Source of the DNA: Minutocellus sp. GHC0000111
Taxonomy: Eukaryota
Direction: 5' to 3'
DNA length: 64,000 nucleotides
Assembly (NCBI GenBank): GCA_977018835.1
Contig: OZ361260.1
Coordinates: 434,001-498,000 of the forward strand
The translations under genes and the position numbers were made by a program. Positions 58,466-64,000 of the stretch are shown here, piece after piece (within the stretch, counting starts at the first letter, position 1; each line of letters opens with the position of its first letter). The notes below the pieces were generated by a model, which ran no database searches, was not told the DNA's origin, and was given only the letters and a program-made list of their open reading frames with translations.

Positions 58466-59704
58466 ATGAACGGCATCAATGATGACAAACAACATGGCGT
58501 TGGCACCACCACCAACAAAGCCGTCGATAAGGGAAAATCGAGCACCATCGGCAGGATCATCGCTTGCCTGACAAGGGTTGCCGCAATGGCCATCTTCGTC
58601 GCCATTTCCCTGCTGCAGTCGAATTCCACCATGAAAGCAACCGTGAATTATGCCGGCACATCACTGTCGGCCACAAGCATGGCGCTGTTGGGAAAGACGA
58701 CGGCAACAATGACGCTGGCATCGGCCTTTCCCATCAATGTCGATGATTCACGTATAGACGAGGATGCAAAACTTATTCCTCTCCCCGAACTGGTCAGATC
58801 GGCACAGGCGGCCAATACATCTTGCCCTCCCGGTGCAACGCCAATTCTCGATACTATCCGACATCATCTTCATGACGATGAGCTGCCTCATCGCAAGATA
58901 CCGCGGATCATCCACATCACCTCCAAAAGTCGCTGCGCTACACCAAAGGTTCAGGCCCTCGTTGAGCAATGGCGATTTGCCAACTACTCGCTGTTCTTCC
59001 ATGACGACGACGCGGTGGACAAGTTGTTTCGACATCCAAAATCGCAAAAGACCTTTCCACTCCTCAACGAAACGCTCATGTGCGTTACCAATGGTGCTAC
59101 CAAGGCCGATCTGTGGCGCTATCTGGCTCTCTATACATACGGTGGAGTATACACGGATATTGACGACTCGCCCGTCGGTTTCAATGAGCATACCATCCAA
59201 CCAGACGACGACTCGTGGTTCCCAATAGAAGGCCTCGGTATCGTAGCGCAATTCTTTTTTGCATCCTCCCCTGGCCACCCTGTCATGAAATATGCAATCG
59301 ACTTTGGAATACAAAATCTGAGAAACATTGTGAATGTTATGAGGAATAATCCTGCCCGAAGTACTGGGCCAGGTGCGCTGAAGAATGCTTTCATTATGCT
59401 AATGAATGGAACCTCAAACGGGTACATCGATGCTGGCTTGTACAAGGGTATTTCGAGTCCACGGAATATGACGGTTGTCGGGAGCAAGACCAATTCTGCC
59501 GAATATGTCAACCGACAGGGGTTGAATGCTGGGGATAAATCCGCATACTACAAGGCACTGGGAATCTAACATTTTCACCAGACCAGCCGATATCCTCAAC
59601 AAGGACGAATCAGTTGCATGGAACACATTCGACGGACCAATGGGACGTACAAGGTTGCCAAGTATCGCTTCGATGAGGCCACAGGTCAGTATGTGGAAGC
59701 ATAA
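58466..59704 (+). CDS. GT32 (OCH1/SUR1-like) glycosyltransferase; probable in-frame TAA at 59567-59569
   Basis: KIPRIIH, KADLWRYLALYTYGGVYTDID, SPGHP, TGPGAL; N-terminal TM; the frame stays open 44 more codons after the TAA (HFHQ...ISCMEH...). Confidence 0.82.
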
Positions 59705-60161
59705 AATCGAAGCACATTGGAATTCCTAAGGATCGATCCTATGCTCTATGTGGCCGCCTGTACATGCAGACTTCCTACACGTCAAGCTTCGAAGGTGTTG
59801 CTTGGCATTGCATGTTGCAAGTCCAAGCTGCAAGACATGAAAAGCGACGATGATAACAAAAATATATTATGTATCTTGCGTGACAGCTCAGCTGGACTTG
59901 ACTGTTGTAAAATAGCTTGGCCAGCCTACATCATCTGCTCTCGTGTGGGCCATCCTACTCTCGTACTAGTAGCCGTTCAGGATGCATCATAATGTGACGG
60001 AAAGAAATCATTATTGCTCGGGCTCGAATGCGTCAAACTCACTGACTCACTCGACTTACAGTAATCCTGGTCTGTCTGTCGCCAGTATGTAGTGCTGGCC
60101 GAGATCGAGCCAAGGTTCGAAGTTCGAAGGTTCATTTTTCTCGCCACGCACGCAGAACAAG

Positions 60162-61427
60162 ATGAAGCCGGAGATACTGCCGCCTTGGGAGGGCGAACAC
60201 AAACCGGGGGCAGGGGAATATGTAATAGTCTTGACAACATACCCAACGACGTATGGCGAAAACAGCTACCTCACACAGAATCGGCAGCAATTTTACCGTG
60301 CCTGCGACTATGAAATTCGAGCACCTAACGGCAGTACCGATTATGACTCCAAGGGGTTTGATGAGTATGCCGATGCACTTCAGCTTGCGCGGCAAGTTCG
60401 AGATGAAAATGAGTGGTTCACGGACCACAATTTCAAGGAAGATGATGATGCGCCCTTTGACAGTGCCGATATGAATAACACGGACAATGATGAGGAGGTT
60501 CTAATTCAGGTACTGACCAAGACCGATTTCGCCATCATGTTTCACGGACGGATGAAGACGATGTATGGGGACGATTTCGAGAGTAGAAGTCCCTTCAAGG
60601 CAGACTCAAATAACCAGACATCCGATGAGGATAGGCGACAAAGACTTCTCGATCAAGCCCGCCGAGAAAAAGACGAATTTCTGCTTGGATTAGTATCCAG
60701 ATTAGAAGATGAAGACGACGAGGAGAAAGTTAAAATATCCTTTGGCCGATTCAAATTTGGAGAAGAGGACATGACTCGGATCGTTGATGTTTTGAAACAA
60801 AACACCAGCATGCGTCAACTGCGCATGTCGTGGGAATATGCAGATGTGCAAGCCATGAAGGTGCTTGGGAAATTTATTGCTGAGCACAATTATCTCCAAC
60901 ATCTGATCCTACGAGGCAATACAATCTTCGATGATGTATTAATTCCCATCGCAGAGGGGATCGGAAAGAACACATCTCTTTTGCATGTGAATCTCAAGGA
61001 CAATAATTTTGATACAAAGGGTACAGTAGCGCTTGCCGAGGCTCTCAAGGTCAACAAAACATTGAAGCGTCTCAATCTCCACAACAATTATATCTACAAT
61101 GATGGGGCGAAGGCCGTCGCTGAGGCCTTGGAGGTCAATAATACTCTCGAATGTCTTATATTGACTCGAAATGGTGTTGAAAAAGAGGGGTATCGAAATT
61201 TCGCCACCGCGCTCAAGACTAACACTGCGCTGAAACAGCTGGACTTGCATTATTACGAATTCGGTAAAACTGGAATGATACTTCAAAAATTGGTCAGTTA
61301 CAATCGCACGGATGTGAGCGACGAGGAGCGGAAGAAATTGAAGGAGGGGGTAGAAGCTGAAATTGATGCGATGTCGAAAGATGAATTGTCGAGGCACCTC
61401 GCACTCTCTATGTTGGGTGCGATGTAG
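60162..61427 (+). CDS. RNI-like leucine-rich-repeat protein
   Basis: ~28-aa repeats LxxNxxLxxLxLxxNxIxxxGxxxLAEAL. Confidence 0.85.
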   Translation: MKPEILPPWEGEHKPGAGEYVIVLTTYPTTYGENSYLTQNRQQFYRACDYEIRAPNGSTDYDSKGFDEYADALQLARQVRDENEWFTDHNFKEDDDAPFDSADMNNTDNDEEVLIQVLTKTDFAIMFHGRMKTMYGDDFESRSPFKADSNNQTSDEDRRQRLLDQARREKDEFLLGLVSRLEDEDDEEKVKISFGRFKFGEEDMTRIVDVLKQNTSMRQLRMSWEYADVQAMKVLGKFIAEHNYLQHLILRGNTIFDDVLIPIAEGIGKNTSLLHVNLKDNNFDTKGTVALAEALKVNKTLKRLNLHNNYIYNDGAKAVAEALEVNNTLECLILTRNGVEKEGYRNFATALKTNTALKQLDLHYYEFGKTGMILQKLVSYNRTDVSDEERKKLKEGVEAEIDAMSKDELSRHLALSMLGAM

Positions 61428-61493
61428 ACTTGCTAATACCTACTTCATGTGAATCTTCTACCAATTGTAAGTTTAGCTTTTAGTTTACACACC

Positions 61494-63600
61494 TCACTCC
61501 GTCGTCTCCATTAGTTGGTCGAGCTTAATGTCGTAGTCATCTGCTCCTTCTGCCGCATCTTCTACAAGACCACACTGCGCAAAGGATTGCTTGGTGAGGA
61601 ATGGATTCGATGCCACGGCATCTGAGGCACCAATTAAAACTCGACTTCCGGTGATGCTGCTCGGCACGCCACCTCCTATCCTCACACCCTCGCACTGTCC
61701 GTCGATCCACGGTCGTATCATATTCACATCGCTTGCGCAGGGGCTGTCCTCCGCTCCTCCGTGTAGCAGCTGGGCAAGGAGCGATTGCTGCTCACGGTCA
61801 CTTTTAGGAAGCCCCCTTTTGTTCGTTCCCCGCGGCTACGTCACTGTGACGACAGCCGCAGCGGAGCGAACAGAAAGTTGAAACGACTTGGAGATGCTAG
61901 AACAGATTCAGAGAGTCTTGTAGCTAGTCCTTTACAGCTACTCCTCTTCGCTGGCTCATCTTTAGCCCAAGCGCTGACGAAGCAGAACACGTCAGTCGCT
62001 CTCACCAGCTTCCTGCCTGAGGCGCTCTGCGAGCCACTCACTTTTCGTTCGCTTTCGGCACTTGTATCCCTCAGAGATCACAACGTTTCAACCGGCTCCG
62101 CGAGGGAAACTAACCCTAAAAGAAATAGGGGTTTATTTCCCACTTTATAGCATTCGGTCTTCGACAATAAAACACAATTCATTTATTCGTTTCACATCTT
62201 TTGTTACCATGGCGCATCCCTCCGAATGCAGAACGGCGGCGATAAAATGAGACAGAGAGCACTTGGAGACCTATGAAGGCACATATCGTACGGCCGACAT
62301 GATGGCAAGTCCGCCGGTGTATCCCATAGGTCTCCAGGCACCCTACTTTTGGAGCACCACTTGCAGTCATCACACGACGACCGACGCGCCCGTATCCCAG
62401 CACCACCCTCTCCCAACCAATGTAGTGCCGCCATTGCATGATTGGAGCCAAGATCATCAGCCCAACCGCCCAATTGTCCACCCTGATAGTCGCCAGGGCG
62501 TGTTGAAAGCTTTCGGCACATGGCGATAGTCCAAAACACATGATGGATACGGTTTCCTTCCACGCATGCGACGGGGAAACTATTTTTGGGACCACCCGCA
62601 CCACCAGAACGGTGGTGAATGCACCAATTTGAAGGAACTGGGAGACGAATGAAGGATCATCGAACGTGGCCAATATCATAGCAAGGCGAGCGGCGCATTT
62701 CATTCGCCTCCCAGGACCCTACTTGTGAAGCAACACTCATGGTCATTGTCCGTCGACCGACACGCCCGTCGAGAAGGTTGGGAACCGGTGGGCATCTGGA
62801 GGCGGTTCGTTCGTATGTGAACAAGCCCAACAGCTTCTTTTACGCTTTGGATCCGTCTTATGGGTATGTGGGGTCGAGAAAATGCAGTCTATCGTGGCAA
62901 CGGTCTGCAAACACAGCTTCTGTGGTCGGTGCAGCAACTATTTGTGTCTCGTGGAGGCTGAAACCTGACCACAAATTGGACCTACCGGTGCCGACAAATT
63001 GGATGCAGATGAATTTTCCGTGGATACTTTGGCTCTGCCGGATACCTGTATATATGTGGGTGTTGGAAATTGTCTGGTGGTGAAGAACGGGGGCAGGCAT
63101 CATGTCTTCTTGGCACACATGGAACATCTTGAGAAACAGGCTGGAATCGGTGTCGCCTCGAACCGCAGACATGAAATTGATACAATTCGTCTCAGGCATG
63201 CAAACTCGCAAACACTTCCATGCAGTTACCTCCCTGTTATATATACCTTTCGACTTTTGATGAGTTTCATTGGGTTGCTGCGAGGGATGGGCGTGAATTT
63301 ATTGATTGCATTCAATTTTTATGGGCTCTCAGCAAGAGTGTACGAGGTCAACCTTGCCGAGGGAGGACGATAACAGATCGGCATGAGGACGCAACCAAGA
63401 GCATTCTATTTGCTTTAGTTCCATTATGTATATATGTAAGAAGTTATTTTTATGTAAATGGTATATTCTTGTCCACTTGATGGAGTTTTGTAGCCATGGT
63501 CATCAACAGTAGTTGATGATGGGGCCACCGCAGAGCCCGACCTTGCTCTCAGATAGTAGTAACATCTATAAACATCAAATTAAGCCATTTTACTACAGCT
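61494..63600 (-). pseudogene. Degenerate coding-like sequence (possible decayed gene or transposon remnant)
   Basis: Several short minus-strand ORF fragments broken by stops; no recognisable motif. Confidence 0.25.
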
Positions 63601-63696
63601 ACTACCCATAGAATTCCACTAGATATACACCCTGGTGTGGCTCTATAAGAGTGTTATTGAGTTCGTGATTATTTGTTGAGTTGTAAGCCCTGACTC

Positions 63697-63937
63697 TTCG
63701 TGGAGGTCGACGACCACCGAGATTTACGACACAATCCTCGATTTTTCACATTGATTTGCCTCCATTACTTTCCTTACCAGCACAAAGTACTTTCCATGAG
63801 TATAGAGGCCGCTCGGGTATACCAAGGGCCGTTGTTTAATGCCCTTCCCATCGAGTAGTTGTAGTTGATTGTTGTTCAGTATCAATATTGGTTTTTCGAA
63901 TCAGCCCCCCGTCAAATCTGGCGTCGACCTCCACGAA
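63697..63937. mobile_element. Small (~240 bp) inverted-repeat element, MITE-like
   Basis: 16-bp perfect IR TTCGTGGAGGTCGACG (63697-63712) / CGTCGACCTCCACGAA (63922-63937), plus an inner AGATTT/AAATCT match; no clear TSD. Confidence 0.5.
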
Positions 63938-64000
63938 ACATTCAGATACTTATGAAATCGTCAATCTTTGCAGCAAACCCGCGAAACTTTCCATCAATGA

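Noticed and set aside
29998..59569. Alternative genetic code (TAA/TGA reassigned) to explain the in-frame stops
   Set aside because: TAA, TAG and TGA all terminate genes here normally. There is at most one internal stop per gene, the expected residues differ (Tyr, Arg, others), and the 1100-1900-aa ORFs have none.

Overview
Gene-dense eukaryotic nuclear DNA, most likely from a diatom. The evidence is short GT-AG introns, several bipartite 'signal peptide + AF' plastid-targeting N-termini and a frustulin-type CEGDCD domain; a CEP131-like gene suggests a centric diatom with flagellated gametes. About 28 protein-coding genes are recognisable: a divergent ubiquitin E1, a chromo+bromo+GNAT chromatin protein, CEP131, a RING ligase, a frustulin-domain/alpha-carbonic-anhydrase-like fusion, plastid RimP, PA28, VTC4, a DENN-ENTH protein, an ABC1 kinase, a nucleotide-sugar transporter, an MBL hydrolase, MsrB, TERT, a RING-CH ligase, two GT32 glycosyltransferases and an LRR protein, among others. 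Non-coding structure includes a ~760-bp MITE built from 18-bp palindromes, a ~3.55-kb quasi-palindrome carrying two head-to-head copies of an unknown secreted Cys-rich protein, a 110-bp tandem duplication, an RTE-like LINE fragment and a small second inverted-repeat element. About 12 otherwise intact genes each carry one disabling lesion (6 frameshifts, up to 5 in-frame stops, 1 ATG>GTG start). This points either to a low-accuracy consensus or to a decaying duplicated/haplotype segment. All family assignments are motif recognition by eye; no database searches were run.
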